The notes under the pieces were generated by a model, which ran no database searches, was not told the DNA's origin, and saw only the letters and a program-made list of their open reading frames with translations. Positions 1 through 10,467 of a stretch of 64,000 nucleotides of DNA are shown here, piece after piece (position 1 is the stretch's first letter; the number at the start of each line of letters is the position of its first letter). The DNA is from an uncultured Pseudomonadota bacterium (GTDB lineage: Bacteria; Oederibacteriota; Muellerivitia; Muellerivitales; Muellerivitaceae): assembly GCA_963836235.1 (NCBI GenBank), contig CAWIIP010000002.1, positions 736,001 to 800,000 on the forward strand, read 5' to 3'. The translations under genes were made by a program, and so were the position numbers.

Positions 1-391
1 TCTCGTCCCAGAGGGCGAAAGCGAACATGCCCCTGAGTTTGGAAATAAACTTATCGCCGTATTCCTCATAGGCATGAACGAGGACTTCAATATCCGAATT
101 GCTGGAAAAACGGTGTCCGGCCTCTTCCAAAGGCCCGCGCAGTTCCTTGTGGTTGTAGATTTCCCCATTACCAACCACCCATATATTGCCCCGCTCATTG
201 GAGATGGGCTGGGCTCCGCCCGCGACGTCGACAATGGCCAAGCGGGTCATGCCAAGCCCCACCGGACCCTTTTGGTAAATGCCCTTGTCGTCCGGACCCC
301 GGTGCTTGATGGATTCGGTCATGTCCTCGAGATGCTTCATCTTCAAGGGCAGGCCCGGCTTAAATTGGCAGAAACCCGCTATACCACACAT
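1..391 (-). CDS. asnB: asparagine synthase (glutamine-hydrolysing), N-terminal part; truncated by window start
   Basis: Not in the ORF track. Manual minus-strand translation from ATG at 391 gives MCGIAGFC...HRGPDD...RLAIVD...GAQP...NGEIYNH...SDIEV...LRGMFAFALWD, a class II glutamine amidotransferase signature. Confidence 0.95.
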   Translation of the reverse strand, partial: MCGIAGFCQFKPGLPLKMKHLEDMTESIKHRGPDDKGIYQKGPVGLGMTRLAIVDVAGGAQPISNERGNIWVVGNGEIYNHKELRGPLEEAGHRFSSNSDIEVLVHAYEEYGDKFISKLRGMFAFALWDE

Positions 392-409
392 AATGACCCC
401 AGTTCACAG

Positions 410-1639
410 TTAAAGCTTGTTCGTCTTGGCCGCCTGCTTCAAAACAGCTTCAAGTTTTTTTCCCGATACATTCCATTGGTAGTTTTTCAGGATGAACCGC
501 TGCCCTTTTTTCGCCCAGGCCTTCCCCGCTTTGGGTTTCAAAAGAACTTCAGCCACTTCCTGGGCGAACTGCTCCTCGTTTCCGACTACTATAACGCCAT
601 CCCGCCCTTTCAACGGCATCCAGGAAACCGCCTGGGGGGTGGCCACGACGGGAACGCCTAAAGCTAATGACAATGCCACCTTATTTTGCATGCCCGCCGC
701 CACCCGCAAAGGCGCGATGGAAACATTCGCTTGGACTAAATAAGGTTCGATCTCCGGCACCCACCCGGTGATGAAAACATCCTGACCATTGTGATGCCGC
801 AAGAGGGCCTTCTGGGGATGCCCTCCCACCGCCGCGAAAACCGTAGAGGGGGCTTGCTCTTTTAACTTGGGCCAGACTTTTTTTAGGAACCAAAGGGCGC
901 CGTCCTCATTGGCGGCATAACCCATATTGCCTACAAAGCAAACCACAGGCTTACCCTTGGGGTAAACCCCCAGCTTTTTGGCCTTGGAGACCCGCTTAAA
1001 TTCCACACCGTTGGGAATAACGGCGACCTTGTCGATCGGAGCTCCCAATTCCCTCAAAATCTGGGCATCCGACTCGGAAATGATCGTGGATTGGAAAGCC
1101 CTCTCTGACCATTCCGCTTCTTCCCTTCGGAGAAACCAGTAATCCCACCAGGCCGCCAATCGCCGGGAGAACCGCGCCACGTTTTTCTCCTTCAGTTGTT
1201 GGGCGTAAGCCGTCAGACAATCCGTTAGTTCCAAAACCACCGGCTTTCCAGGATTTCCCTCAAAAGCCGCGGGAGCCATCCGAAGCCGGTGGGCGAGAAC
1301 AACATCAATACCCTGACCGTCAGCCGTTTGCCAATAACTCTTCAGATGATCCCGGAACTTCGGGGAAAAGTAGCTTGAAACATTTAAGGACTGACCGATC
1401 AAAACCCCGCCTACCAAGTTGAAGAAAAGGTCCGAGTGGGTTAAATGCTCCAGATAAAAATGACGGCAGAGGGCGCGAAGGTCTTCGCCATAAGGGAAGT
1501 CGGACTTCACGCGAGACAGGCAAAAAAGATCGATCTTGTGGCCCCGATTCTTCAGGTGTTTAAGGAAATGATAAAGACGAAGTTTGTCACCGTCGTGCGG
1601 CGGATAAGGAACCAGGGGCGTGAGAACGAGGATGTTCAA
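410..1639 (-). CDS. glycosyltransferase family 4 (GT-B)
   Basis: PYPPHDGDKLR N-terminus, VIPNGV, FVGNMGYAAN, GMQNKV...GVPVVAT. Confidence 0.9.
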   Translation of the reverse strand: MNILVLTPLVPYPPHDGDKLRLYHFLKHLKNRGHKIDLFCLSRVKSDFPYGEDLRALCRHFYLEHLTHSDLFFNLVGGVLIGQSLNVSSYFSPKFRDHLKSYWQTADGQGIDVVLAHRLRMAPAAFEGNPGKPVVLELTDCLTAYAQQLKEKNVARFSRRLAAWWDYWFLRREEAEWSERAFQSTIISESDAQILRELGAPIDKVAVIPNGVEFKRVSKAKKLGVYPKGKPVVCFVGNMGYAANEDGALWFLKKVWPKLKEQAPSTVFAAVGGHPQKALLRHHNGQDVFITGWVPEIEPYLVQANVSIAPLRVAAGMQNKVALSLALGVPVVATPQAVSWMPLKGRDGVIVVGNEEQFAQEVAEVLLKPKAGKAWAKKGQRFILKNYQWNVSGKKLEAVLKQAAKTNKL

Positions 1640-1652
1640 GCGTTGTTGTCCT

Positions 1653-3281
1653 TTATTTATTTAAAACTTTTTTCTCTTTCAAAAACCATAAGCTTAAACC
1701 AAGGGTCACCGCCATTGTCAAACCACTCATAAGATAGCTTTTCATCTCGACCACGGGCGCTTGGAAAGCCGGATTCATTTCTGTCAGGGGAAGATGAAGA
1801 AAAGAACCAGCTATCTTTAAAATCCAGTTTTCCCCATTTAGTTTGTTATACCGCAACCAAGGGATCGCCGCCAAAAGCCAATTGACCCCCACCCCAATTG
1901 CCAGGGAAAAGCCGGCCAACTTCGTCCAAATGTCCCCCGCTTTCATTCTTTCAATAGAGGGATAAATGGTCAGCAACAAAAGGGGCGTCACCCCCACCCA
2001 ATAGCGGGTGGCTGGGGTCAGCCCGAGGTTCTCATAGAAGGACATGAACAGGTAATAAAAGAGAAGAGTCCCCGCCACCAAAAGGCCCAGCGAGCTTTTG
2101 GATCGCCACAACAAAAACCCGCCGGTCACGACCAGCCCGAAGATGGGGAAATGGAACCATAATCCACATTCCTGATCTAGTAGCAGACCAAAGAACCCGT
2201 CCCAAAAATGGCTTAATCGAAATAAGGATGTGAAAGGTTCATTGTGGGCCCCTAGGGGCGTCAATACTCCATAAAGGCTGTAAAAATAGAGGACCAGAAA
2301 CAAAACTGGAATTCCAAAACAAACCCCAAATTTTCCGGCTTGCGACAAACGGTATTTCTTGTCTTTCCAAATCTCGTACGCGGCGAACAAAAGGAAAGGA
2401 AAAAAAATTAAAACGTTGCGGTTATGCATCCAAATCATCAATCCCAGGCATAATCCCAGCCAGGCCCGTCGCTTCTTAATTACGAGAAGAAGGCTTAACG
2501 CCACCAGACAAGCGGTTGGAATTTCAGGGAAGATAAGACCGGAGAAAAGAAGTAACGGGCTGGAGAAAAGGCCGACTATTCCCGTCGCATGAAGCGCCCA
2601 ACCCTCCGCACCCATTTCTTCCAACACACGCATCGTCAGATAAAGGGCCAACGCGGCTAACAGGGCCATGGTCACTGCCGCCCCAATCCGCCCGGCGATG
2701 AGGAATCCTGGCAGTATCAGCAATACCGGCCCCAAAGGATGATGGCTGTATCTTTTACCGTCCACCACATGTTCCAACCCTTGGGGTTCCAACACACCCC
2801 GTTGATAAAATTGTTCGTAATCTTTATTGGCGTAATTGTTCGCAAGGTCCAAATCCCCGTCATGGATCAGACTGTAGGCCATCAACAAATAATGGGGTTC
2901 GTCCCCGCTCAGCTCGCAAACCGAAGCCGTCCAAAGAGTGGTTCCCACAAAGAGAAAAAGGGCCACGCACCCGAAGATTTTGGAATCCTTCCATCCTCTC
3001 CTTTGCGATTTTTTTAGGAGAAGCCGGGAAAACAAGAACAAATGGGTCATCCAAAGGAGTCCCAAGAGGATTTGCATTTTGCGCTCGGTGAAATTATGAG
3101 GATCGGGAAGGTTCAGCTTTTCAACCAAGGGCCAGCAAAAACCGAGAAACCAGGGGAGATGGGTGAAAAGGATGTCCTTCATGAGGATAGGGAAGGATTT
3201 TTCAACGGTCATCCATCGCGCCAGGATTATTTCAACCGTTCCTAAGGCGACAGCAAAAGATAAAAGTTCGATGAGCGTCAT
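1653..3281 (-). CDS. polytopic membrane protein, probable GT-C glycosyltransferase
   Basis: Many TM segments; SGDEPHYLLMAYSLIHDGDLDL acidic loop motif typical of GT-C; lies in a glycosylation operon. Confidence 0.7.
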   Translation of the reverse strand: MTLIELLSFAVALGTVEIILARWMTVEKSFPILMKDILFTHLPWFLGFCWPLVEKLNLPDPHNFTERKMQILLGLLWMTHLFLFSRLLLKKSQRRGWKDSKIFGCVALFLFVGTTLWTASVCELSGDEPHYLLMAYSLIHDGDLDLANNYANKDYEQFYQRGVLEPQGLEHVVDGKRYSHHPLGPVLLILPGFLIAGRIGAAVTMALLAALALYLTMRVLEEMGAEGWALHATGIVGLFSSPLLLFSGLIFPEIPTACLVALSLLLVIKKRRAWLGLCLGLMIWMHNRNVLIFFPFLLFAAYEIWKDKKYRLSQAGKFGVCFGIPVLFLVLYFYSLYGVLTPLGAHNEPFTSLFRLSHFWDGFFGLLLDQECGLWFHFPIFGLVVTGGFLLWRSKSSLGLLVAGTLLFYYLFMSFYENLGLTPATRYWVGVTPLLLLTIYPSIERMKAGDIWTKLAGFSLAIGVGVNWLLAAIPWLRYNKLNGENWILKIAGSFLHLPLTEMNPAFQAPVVEMKSYLMSGLTMAVTLGLSLWFLKEKKVLNK

Positions 3282-4411
3282 AACGCCTGGCCGACCCTCT
3301 CATAAACTTTCAACGTCAACCGCGCGGTTTTTTCCCAAGTAAAAAGTTTGGCGCGTTTTAACCCCCGTTGGATATAGCGCCGCCTCAACACGGACCCTTC
3401 CATCATTTGTTTCACGGCCTTAGCGATAGCTTGTGGGCTTTCCGGGTCGATCAGAAGGGCCGCGTCCCCCGCCACCTCAGGCAAGGACGTGGTATTGGAG
3501 GCGATCACCGGCACCCCGCAGGCGAAGGCCTCCAATACCGGCAGGCCAAAACCTTCCAAACGCGAGGGATAAAGAAAAAGGTCCGATTCCGCGTAAACAC
3601 GGCTCAACATTTCAGACGGCACGTTCCCCGCCCATTCCAAAAGATTCCCGATTCCCAAAGAAACAACCTGGTTCATGTAGTTCGTGCATTTCAATTCCGC
3701 CTCATCCATGCCCAAGATGATCACTTGGAACTTCTTGCCGCGATCCGCGAGAATTTTCACCGCCTTCAGGATATTGGGAATATTTTTCCGCTCGTCCGCC
3801 GCTCCATGCGCCAAAATCTTGAAAAGTTTGGAAGGTTTGCGTGAAACCTTTTTAAACAGCCGTCGATCCACTCCCTCCGGTGTTACGAAAACCCGGGTCC
3901 CGTCGATTTTCATGTTTTTGAGAATCTCACCTTTCGAAAATTCAGATACGGTCAAAACAGCCTTAGCCCGGGAAGTTGAACGGCTGATGGCCCATTTTTT
4001 ATAGGCGTCAATCAACCTGTGTCGAAACGCGGCCTTGGGCCTCACTTGGGCCAGCGGCCGGGTGTGCATCGTGTCATGGAGCGTTACCACAAAGGGGATG
4101 GGGTCAAGGGCCGTGGCCGAATTATCGGTATAGTGAAGAAGTTGCACCCCTTGTTCCCGGGCCGCGCGCGGGAGCAGCACCTGCTCGTAATAAGCGGCAT
4201 TGGAAAAAGGCACGGTAACCCAGCTAAAACGGGAGGAGGAAATTTGGCTTCTCAATACGTGAGGGGCATTAAAAATCGAATAGTGGTTTTTCCGGTCAAT
4301 CTTCGAAAGGGCAAGGATCAGGTTGGCGGCATAGGTACCGACACCACGCCGGTAAGCCAAGCGGGTGTCGATACCGATATGAAGAGATTTATTTCTTGGG
4401 CTTTTCCGCAC
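3278..4411 (-). CDS. glycosyltransferase family 4 (WbpY/mannosyltransferase-like)
   Basis: IGIDTR...GVGTY, TLHD, YPSRLEGFGLPVLEAFACGVPVIASN (EX7E motif). Confidence 0.95.
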   Translation of the reverse strand: MRKSPRNKSLHIGIDTRLAYRRGVGTYAANLILALSKIDRKNHYSIFNAPHVLRSQISSSRFSWVTVPFSNAAYYEQVLLPRAAREQGVQLLHYTDNSATALDPIPFVVTLHDTMHTRPLAQVRPKAAFRHRLIDAYKKWAISRSTSRAKAVLTVSEFSKGEILKNMKIDGTRVFVTPEGVDRRLFKKVSRKPSKLFKILAHGAADERKNIPNILKAVKILADRGKKFQVIILGMDEAELKCTNYMNQVVSLGIGNLLEWAGNVPSEMLSRVYAESDLFLYPSRLEGFGLPVLEAFACGVPVIASNTTSLPEVAGDAALLIDPESPQAIAKAVKQMMEGSVLRRRYIQRGLKRAKLFTWEKTARLTLKVYERVGQAL

Positions 4412-4595
4412 GGTCAGCGAGCATCACGGGTATACCATTCTCAATGGGATAACGCTTCTTACAGGCGGTACATTCGATGGCGTTATCCTTCTCCCGCACG
4501 GCCGATCCGCAGGCGGGACAGATCAGGATATTCAATAAATCTTGTGAGATCACGGTTTCCCCTTTGTTTCAGGATTTAAGCTGTTTTATTCGAAA

Positions 4596-5378
4596 TTAAG
4601 GCTTCTTTGTAGCTTTGAGGATGATCCCCCCACCCAACCCAGGTAAGAGGGCTTTACCTATCGCATCCGTCACGTTGAGAATCGACCGATTAATAGACGG
4701 GCCGAAGAGACTTACAACTTGTTCAAGGATTCGCGGTAATTTTAAGTAATTATAGGTTTCGATGGAGACCCTGTCAAACTTGGCCTCTTCCGCTAGTTTT
4801 CTTAATTTGCCAGGCCCGAAAAAGAAAAGGTGATCGGTTTGTTTGGACTTTCGCCCTTTGTTTACGAAAGGCAAAAGCCGTTTGAAATAGGATTTATCGT
4901 TGGTGACCGACACCACGAGCACTCCTCCCGGCTTCAATAACCGTTTGGCCTCGGAAAAAACTTTCGCCGGCTCATAGCAATGGTCGATGGCTTCTTTCAC
5001 GACCACTCCATGGGCGACCATGTCCTGGACAGGTACCTGCTCGGCCATACCCCGCACGAACCCCATGCCGTATTCCAAAATATCCCGTTGCTTCAACTGT
5101 TCGCCGGAAGGCTCGAATCCCAAATAATTCCAGACCCTTGCCCTTCCCCGGCCTTGCAGGAATAGCGCGAATTCCCCTCGTCCCGCGCCAATATCCAAAA
5201 GAAGCGGCCGACCCTTGAAGGCCCCCGTTTCATGAAAGTTTTCATCAATCATGGCCTCGACCTTCTCGTCCAACCGCTTATATCGGAGCTTCATTAGGGG
5301 AGTGAGGGACTTAAGGTACTCGTCGTCATCCCAATGGGACTGAAGTAATTTCCATTTTTCAAAATTTGCTTCGCTCAA
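4596..5378 (-). CDS. class I SAM-dependent methyltransferase
   Basis: LLDIGAGRG motif I, RLLKPGG; start placed at TTG 5378 behind an AAGGA RBS rather than at 5447. Confidence 0.8.
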   Translation of the reverse strand: MSEANFEKWKLLQSHWDDDEYLKSLTPLMKLRYKRLDEKVEAMIDENFHETGAFKGRPLLLDIGAGRGEFALFLQGRGRARVWNYLGFEPSGEQLKQRDILEYGMGFVRGMAEQVPVQDMVAHGVVVKEAIDHCYEPAKVFSEAKRLLKPGGVLVVSVTNDKSYFKRLLPFVNKGRKSKQTDHLFFFGPGKLRKLAEEAKFDRVSIETYNYLKLPRILEQVVSLFGPSINRSILNVTDAIGKALLPGLGGGIILKATKKP

Positions 5379-5391
5379 ATGTCCGTTCCTT

Positions 5392-5967
5392 TCACTTAAA
5401 AAACGGGAAACTCCAAAAAACGCAGCTGATGAGCAAAAGAATAGCATAGACAGCGTAAAAGAGGAGCCAAAGCGGTTCCAACAGAAAATGTAATATCACC
5501 ATAAGCGCCCATTGGGTGGTGGGCTTTTCGTCTTCACCCCTTTTTTTCGCCTTTTCCAGGGCCCGGTTAATCCGTCCGTAATCCTCAAACCGCAGGATAA
5601 AAATCCACTCGATGAACTTTCGAAAGAAACCAGGGAAGGGTTGAATAATCTCCCGGAAAAAAGCTTCCATCTTCTTTGCCCACTCTTCTCCAATTATCAG
5701 AGCGGACAAAGGAACGAGGTCGGCCACCTTCATGAAAAGGGAAGCTAAGAGGTTACCCAAAATCATTTGAAGTGAAAAACACCATCCGCCAAACAAACCC
5801 ATCACGACACCAACAACGAAAAAATAAACGGTGGTATGCCCCGGATTGAACCCCAGGGTTCCGCTATGAACCGCCCGATAAGTCATTCCCGCGAACCCGG
5901 CCAGACAAAGACCGATCCCTAGACCCAAACCCATTCCCTTGAGGAAAAGAAGGATAAACTTCTTCAT
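5392..5967 (-). CDS. hypothetical membrane protein
   Basis: 191-aa ORF with about 3 hydrophobic segments and AGGAG RBS; co-oriented with the downstream operon. Confidence 0.7.
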   Translation of the reverse strand: MKKFILLFLKGMGLGLGIGLCLAGFAGMTYRAVHSGTLGFNPGHTTVYFFVVGVVMGLFGGWCFSLQMILGNLLASLFMKVADLVPLSALIIGEEWAKKMEAFFREIIQPFPGFFRKFIEWIFILRFEDYGRINRALEKAKKRGEDEKPTTQWALMVILHFLLEPLWLLFYAVYAILLLISCVFWSFPFFK

Positions 5968-6122
5968 TGACCGCTCCTTTGAAGGCCCATCTTAATCTAT
6001 GCCAAAGCGCGCCGCTGAAAACAACCGGTCTTGTTCAATTAACAATTTTGTGTGCGAAAACCAAAATTGTCCGCTTGATGTTTTATAAACAGCGGATTTA
6101 AGGCCATTTTTAAAGACCATTT

Positions 6123-6137
6123 TGGCCCTTTAATTGC
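6123..6137 (+). promoter_or_regulatory. sigma54 (-24/-12) promoter of the ATP-grasp/Anbu operon
   Basis: TGGCCC-TTTAA-TTGC, i.e. GG-N10-GC spacing, 40 nt upstream of ATG 6177. Confidence 0.65.
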
Positions 6138-6176
6138 CTTATATCTGAGGTTCAGGCGGCGAAAAAGGAGACTCTG

Positions 6177-7625
6177 ATGGATTTCCAAAATTACGATACC
6201 GGTCCATTTTATGATGAACTTTTCGAAAATTCCGGCAAGCCCCGCTCCATGGTGGCACCCCTCATCCAGCGCCTTAAGGACATGTCCCACAGCGATTTAA
6301 TCCGCCAGCAAAAAGCCGCTGAATCCGAATTTCTCCAAATGGGCATTACCTTCACGGTGTACGGCAACAAGGAGGGTACGGAGAAAATTTTTCCCTTCGA
6401 CATTATTCCCCGCATCGTCCCCAATTCGGAATGGCAGGTCATCGAGAAGGGCCTGATCCAACGCATCCAGGCTCTGAACCTTTTCATCGACGATATTTAC
6501 CACGGCCAGCAGATTCTAAAGGATAAGGCCATTCCAAAAGATGTCGTGCTTTCTTCTTTCGGTTACCGAAGCCAATGCGTGGGGCTCACTCCCCCACGCC
6601 GAATTTGGATTCATATCACGGGTACAGACTTGGTCCGGGACAAGGACGGTCACTACTACGTGCTGGAGGACAACCTTCGTTGTCCCTCAGGTGTATCTTA
6701 TGTGTTGGAAAACCGTAATGTTCTCAAGCGAACCCTGCCCCAGGCCTTTCAAGATATGTCGGTCAAGCCTGTGGAGGACTATCCTCTGCGCCTGTTGGAC
6801 ACCTTGCGTTACTCAGCCCCGAACGATTCCGCCTCTCCCCGGGTAGTGGTCCTGACCCCCGGTCCCTATAACTCGGCCTATTTCGAGCACGCTTTCCTGG
6901 CCCAGCAAATGGGCGCCCAATTGGTGGAAGGCCGGGACCTGGTCGTCTCCGACGGCTATGTGAAACTCCGCACCACCAGGGGTTATGAGCGGGTGGATGT
7001 CATTTACCGCCGGGTGGACGACGAATTCATCGATCCGCTGGCTTTCAAGCCCGATTCCACCCTGGGAGTACCCGGTCTCATGGAAGTCTACCGCAAGGGA
7101 CGGGTGGCCCTGGCCAACGCCATCGGCACGGGGATAGCCGACGACAAGGGCATCTACGCCTATGTACCCAACATGATCAAATTTTATCTACAGGAAGATC
7201 CCATCCTTCCCAACGTTCCCACCTATGTTTGCTGGGAGGCGGACCAGCGAAAATACGTCCTTGAAAACCTGGATAAAGTAGTGGTCAAGGCCGTCAACCA
7301 GGCGGGGGGCTATGGCATGCTGGTGGGTCCCCACTCCACCAAGGAAGAACAGGAAAAGTTCGCCAAACTTATCACGGCGCACCCGAGGGAATATATCGCC
7401 CAACCCACGTTGGCGCTCTCCCGGGTGCCGGTCATCGTGGACGACCATTTTGAGGGCCGCCACGTGGACTTACGGCCCTATGTTCTTTACGGGCGAAGCG
7501 TTTATGTTCTTCCCGGCGGGCTGACAAGGGTGGCATTGAAGAAGGGTTCACTGGTCGTGAATTCATCACAGGGCGGCGGCAGCAAAGATACCTGGGTTCT
7601 CGGTGAATCTCCCACTCCGGTTTAA
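6177..7625 (+). CDS. circularly permuted type 2 ATP-grasp protein
   Basis: [53 protein letters not shown]...[13 protein letters not shown]. Confidence 0.95.
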   Translation: MDFQNYDTGPFYDELFENSGKPRSMVAPLIQRLKDMSHSDLIRQQKAAESEFLQMGITFTVYGNKEGTEKIFPFDIIPRIVPNSEWQVIEKGLIQRIQALNLFIDDIYHGQQILKDKAIPKDVVLSSFGYRSQCVGLTPPRRIWIHITGTDLVRDKDGHYYVLEDNLRCPSGVSYVLENRNVLKRTLPQAFQDMSVKPVEDYPLRLLDTLRYSAPNDSASPRVVVLTPGPYNSAYFEHAFLAQQMGAQLVEGRDLVVSDGYVKLRTTRGYERVDVIYRRVDDEFIDPLAFKPDSTLGVPGLMEVYRKGRVALANAIGTGIADDKGIYAYVPNMIKFYLQEDPILPNVPTYVCWEADQRKYVLENLDKVVVKAVNQAGGYGMLVGPHSTKEEQEKFAKLITAHPREYIAQPTLALSRVPVIVDDHFEGRHVDLRPYVLYGRSVYVLPGGLTRVALKKGSLVVNSSQGGGSKDTWVLGESPTPV

Positions 7626-7671
7626 AGAAAGAGGCCTCGATCAATGATTCACGGAAAACTTTGGTTAAAAA

Positions 7672-7771
7672 AGTTCGAAGTTATGAGTTTTGAGTTAGGA
7701 GTTAATAAAAATTTGAGACTCGTATCGAAAATGGACAACAACTTAAAACTTAAAGCCACGAACTCGAAACC
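7672..7771. repeat. heptamer-periodic inverted repeat element (AGTTNNN)n...(NNNAACT)n, copy 1
   Basis: AGTT at 7672, 7679, 7686, 7693, 7700; AACT-like at 7740, 7747, 7761, 7768. Confidence 0.75.
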
Positions 7772-7783
7772 GGGGTGTTTTTC

Positions 7784-8779
7784 ATGTTAAGCCGTTTGGC
7801 CGATTCACTTTTCTGGACAGGCCGTTACGTGGAACGCGCCGAAAACGTCGCCCGCTTCATCGGGGTGAACTTGAACTTGATCTTGGATACGCCCTTGAGC
7901 GGCCAGCAACAATGGCAGCCCCTGGTGGTGACCAGCGGCGACTATCAGGATTTCGAATTGCGCTACGGCGAGCCAACCCGCGACAATGTCATCCAGTTCC
8001 TGATGTTCGACCCCGACAATCGCAACTCTATTTATTCCAGCATCCTAAAGGCCCGGGAAAACGCTCGTACCATGCGGGAGATCATCTCCTCGGAAATGTG
8101 GGAGCAGTTGAACAGTTTTTACCTGATGGTGCAAGGCGCCGTCCATAGTCCGGGCACGGGAGTCGATTCCCTGAACACCTTTTGCCGCAACGTGAAAATC
8201 TTGAGTCATCTTTTTTCCGGGGTGACGGACGCCACCATGTCCCACGGGGAGGCCTGGCACTTCTTCAACATGGGACGCCTTCTGGAACGGGCGGACAAGA
8301 CCGCCCGCATTCTGGACGTGAAATATTTCATCCTCCTGCCCAAAGTGGAGGATGTGGGCACCCCCTACGACGACATCCTTTGGACCGCCCTGTTGAAATC
8401 CGCCAGCGCCAGCGAGATGTTTCGAAAAAAGCACAGCTATATTCATCCCCTGCGGGTCGCTGAATTCCTCTTGCTGGACAGGGAATTTCCCCGCTCAGTG
8501 CGCTATTGCATTACCCAGGCCGAGGTGTCCATGCGCTCCATTACCGGGTCCCTTCCCGGCACCTATTCCAACCCGGTGGAACAGCAATTGGGCCGCCTGC
8601 GTTCCGAGTTGGATTACGCCGACATCGGCGGGATGGCCGCCTTCGGGTTGCATGAGTACCTCGACAGCTTCGAGGCCAAGTTGAACGCGGTGGGCGAAGC
8701 CCTTTTCGCCATTTATTTCTCGAACCAGCCGGGGGCCGAGATGGCCGCCGAGCCCTTGCCCGAAAGGAACAACCAATGA
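7784..8779 (+). CDS. alpha-E domain-containing protein
   Basis: MLSRLADSLFWTGRYVERAENVAR, ARENAR...ISSEMWE, GRLLERADKTARILDVKY, FPRSV. Confidence 0.95.
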   Translation: MLSRLADSLFWTGRYVERAENVARFIGVNLNLILDTPLSGQQQWQPLVVTSGDYQDFELRYGEPTRDNVIQFLMFDPDNRNSIYSSILKARENARTMREIISSEMWEQLNSFYLMVQGAVHSPGTGVDSLNTFCRNVKILSHLFSGVTDATMSHGEAWHFFNMGRLLERADKTARILDVKYFILLPKVEDVGTPYDDILWTALLKSASASEMFRKKHSYIHPLRVAEFLLLDREFPRSVRYCITQAEVSMRSITGSLPGTYSNPVEQQLGRLRSELDYADIGGMAAFGLHEYLDSFEAKLNAVGEALFAIYFSNQPGAEMAAEPLPERNNQ

Positions 8780-9528
8780 CTTTTTGCCTTGCCATGAAAA
8801 TAAAAGAGGGGTTGGTGGCCCTGGCCGACACCCGCATCACCAGCGGCACCGAGCAGATCACGGGCCGGAAGGTTTCCATCCACGAGAATCACGGCCAGCC
8901 TTTTTTCCTGATGACCTCCGGGCTCCGCTCCGCCCGCGATAAGGCGATTACCTATTTCAACGAACGCTTGGAAAACGAGAAGGAAACCTACCCGCATCTT
9001 TATAAGGCCGTGAATGTCTTCGCGGAGCAGGTAAGGCGGGTCATCAAGGAAGACAAGGAGGCCTTGGGGGAGGCAGGCTATAGCTTCAATCTCTTTTCCA
9101 TCATCGGGGGCCAGATGCCCAGCGACACGGAACACAAACTTTACCTCATTTATCCTCAGGGCAACTGGGTGGAAGTGACGGAAAGCACCCCCTATTACGC
9201 CATCGGCGAATCCGCCTATGGAAAGCCGTTGTTGGACCGGGCCTTGCGTTATGAAACGACCATGGAAGTGGCGATGAAGGTGGGATACCTGGCCTTTGAG
9301 GCCACCCGCACCAGCGCCACGGACGTGGACTTTCCCATCGATATGGTGCTGTACCGCAAGGATACCAACCGGATGACCGAAACGCGCTACGAGCGGGAAG
9401 ACCTTAAGGAAGTCACGGACTGGTGGAAGGTACGTGTCCGAGAAACGGTGGAGCTTTGTCCCTCCCAATGGGCGGAAACCGCCATGGGAAAGTTGCCCCG
9501 TAAATGGGGGGAGAGCCATGCGGTTTGA
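8776..9528 (+). CDS. Anbu proteasome-like Ntn peptidase
   Basis: N-terminal MTFC (Thr nucleophile after Met removal), ADTR, LYLIYPQGN, IGESAYGKPLLDR; operon context. Confidence 0.9.
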   Translation: MTFCLAMKIKEGLVALADTRITSGTEQITGRKVSIHENHGQPFFLMTSGLRSARDKAITYFNERLENEKETYPHLYKAVNVFAEQVRRVIKEDKEALGEAGYSFNLFSIIGGQMPSDTEHKLYLIYPQGNWVEVTESTPYYAIGESAYGKPLLDRALRYETTMEVAMKVGYLAFEATRTSATDVDFPIDMVLYRKDTNRMTETRYEREDLKEVTDWWKVRVRETVELCPSQWAETAMGKLPRKWGESHAV

Positions 9529-10387
9529 GATACGCCATAAGGTTCGTTATACCTACAGCAAGGAAGTTTTCCTCGAGCCAACCTCCATCCATTTAAAGCC
9601 CCGAAACGACTTCAGCCAGAGGGTGGATTTTTTTGAGCTAAAGGTGGAACCCACGCCCGTGGGACTCTCCGAATCCTTGGACCTATTTAACAACCACGAG
9701 GTCATGGCCTGGTTCTCCGGTAAACATTCCAGCTTCTGCGTCCAAACTCGCTCTCGGGTGGAAACGACCTTAAGCAACCCTTTCAACTACCTTATTACCG
9801 ATCCCATGGTTTTGCGGCTTCCTGGCAAATATGGAACCGAGCATTCTGTTTTGGCCTCCTACCTCAAACCCGCGCCGGACCCTTCGGTGGAAAATCTCGC
9901 CCAGGAATTGTTGAATGAAAGCGACGATAACGCCATCAACTTCCTCTTCCACGCCACCGATTATCTCCACCGCGAGTTCAAGCATGTGATCCGTTCCCAG
10001 GGGGATGCCTTGCCCGCCTTCAAGACCCTGCGCCGCCGCGAGGGGGCCTGCCGGGACTTGGCGGTTTTGCTGGTGGAGATTTGCCGGTCCATGGGCTTGG
10101 CCGCGCGGTTCGTCAGCGGTTACAAATACGACCCCGGTTCCAAGGACGCCAATGAATTGCATGCTTGGGCGGAAGTCTACCTGCCGGGCGCGGGTTGGAG
10201 GGGCTATGACCCCACTTGGGGACTGGCGGTGGCGGACTTGCACGTTCCCCTGGCGGCGGGCCCTACACCCCTTGAGGCGGCCCCGGTTTCCGGCACTTTC
10301 CGTGGAACGGATGTTCTTTCCAAGCTGGATTACCAGGTGGAAGTGGAATCCCTGGACGAGGCTCCTAAGCTGAATTCACCCCGTTAA
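9518..10387 (+). CDS. transglutaminase family protein
   Basis: MRFEIRH N-domain; catalytic triad GACRD, HAWAE, GYDPT; start ATG 9518. Confidence 0.95.
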   Translation: MRFEIRHKVRYTYSKEVFLEPTSIHLKPRNDFSQRVDFFELKVEPTPVGLSESLDLFNNHEVMAWFSGKHSSFCVQTRSRVETTLSNPFNYLITDPMVLRLPGKYGTEHSVLASYLKPAPDPSVENLAQELLNESDDNAINFLFHATDYLHREFKHVIRSQGDALPAFKTLRRREGACRDLAVLLVEICRSMGLAARFVSGYKYDPGSKDANELHAWAEVYLPGAGWRGYDPTWGLAVADLHVPLAAGPTPLEAAPVSGTFRGTDVLSKLDYQVEVESLDEAPKLNSPR

Positions 10388-10467
10388 GGCGAAGAAGCCT
10401 TCCCTCTTGTGACGCTGGGGCCCCGCTTCTATAGATTTACGGTCCTTTGACTTTTATACTGCCTTCC

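Noticed and set aside
74-661. 195-aa plus-strand ORF
   Set aside because: Antisense shadow of asnB and the GT4 gene, which have clear motifs on the minus strand
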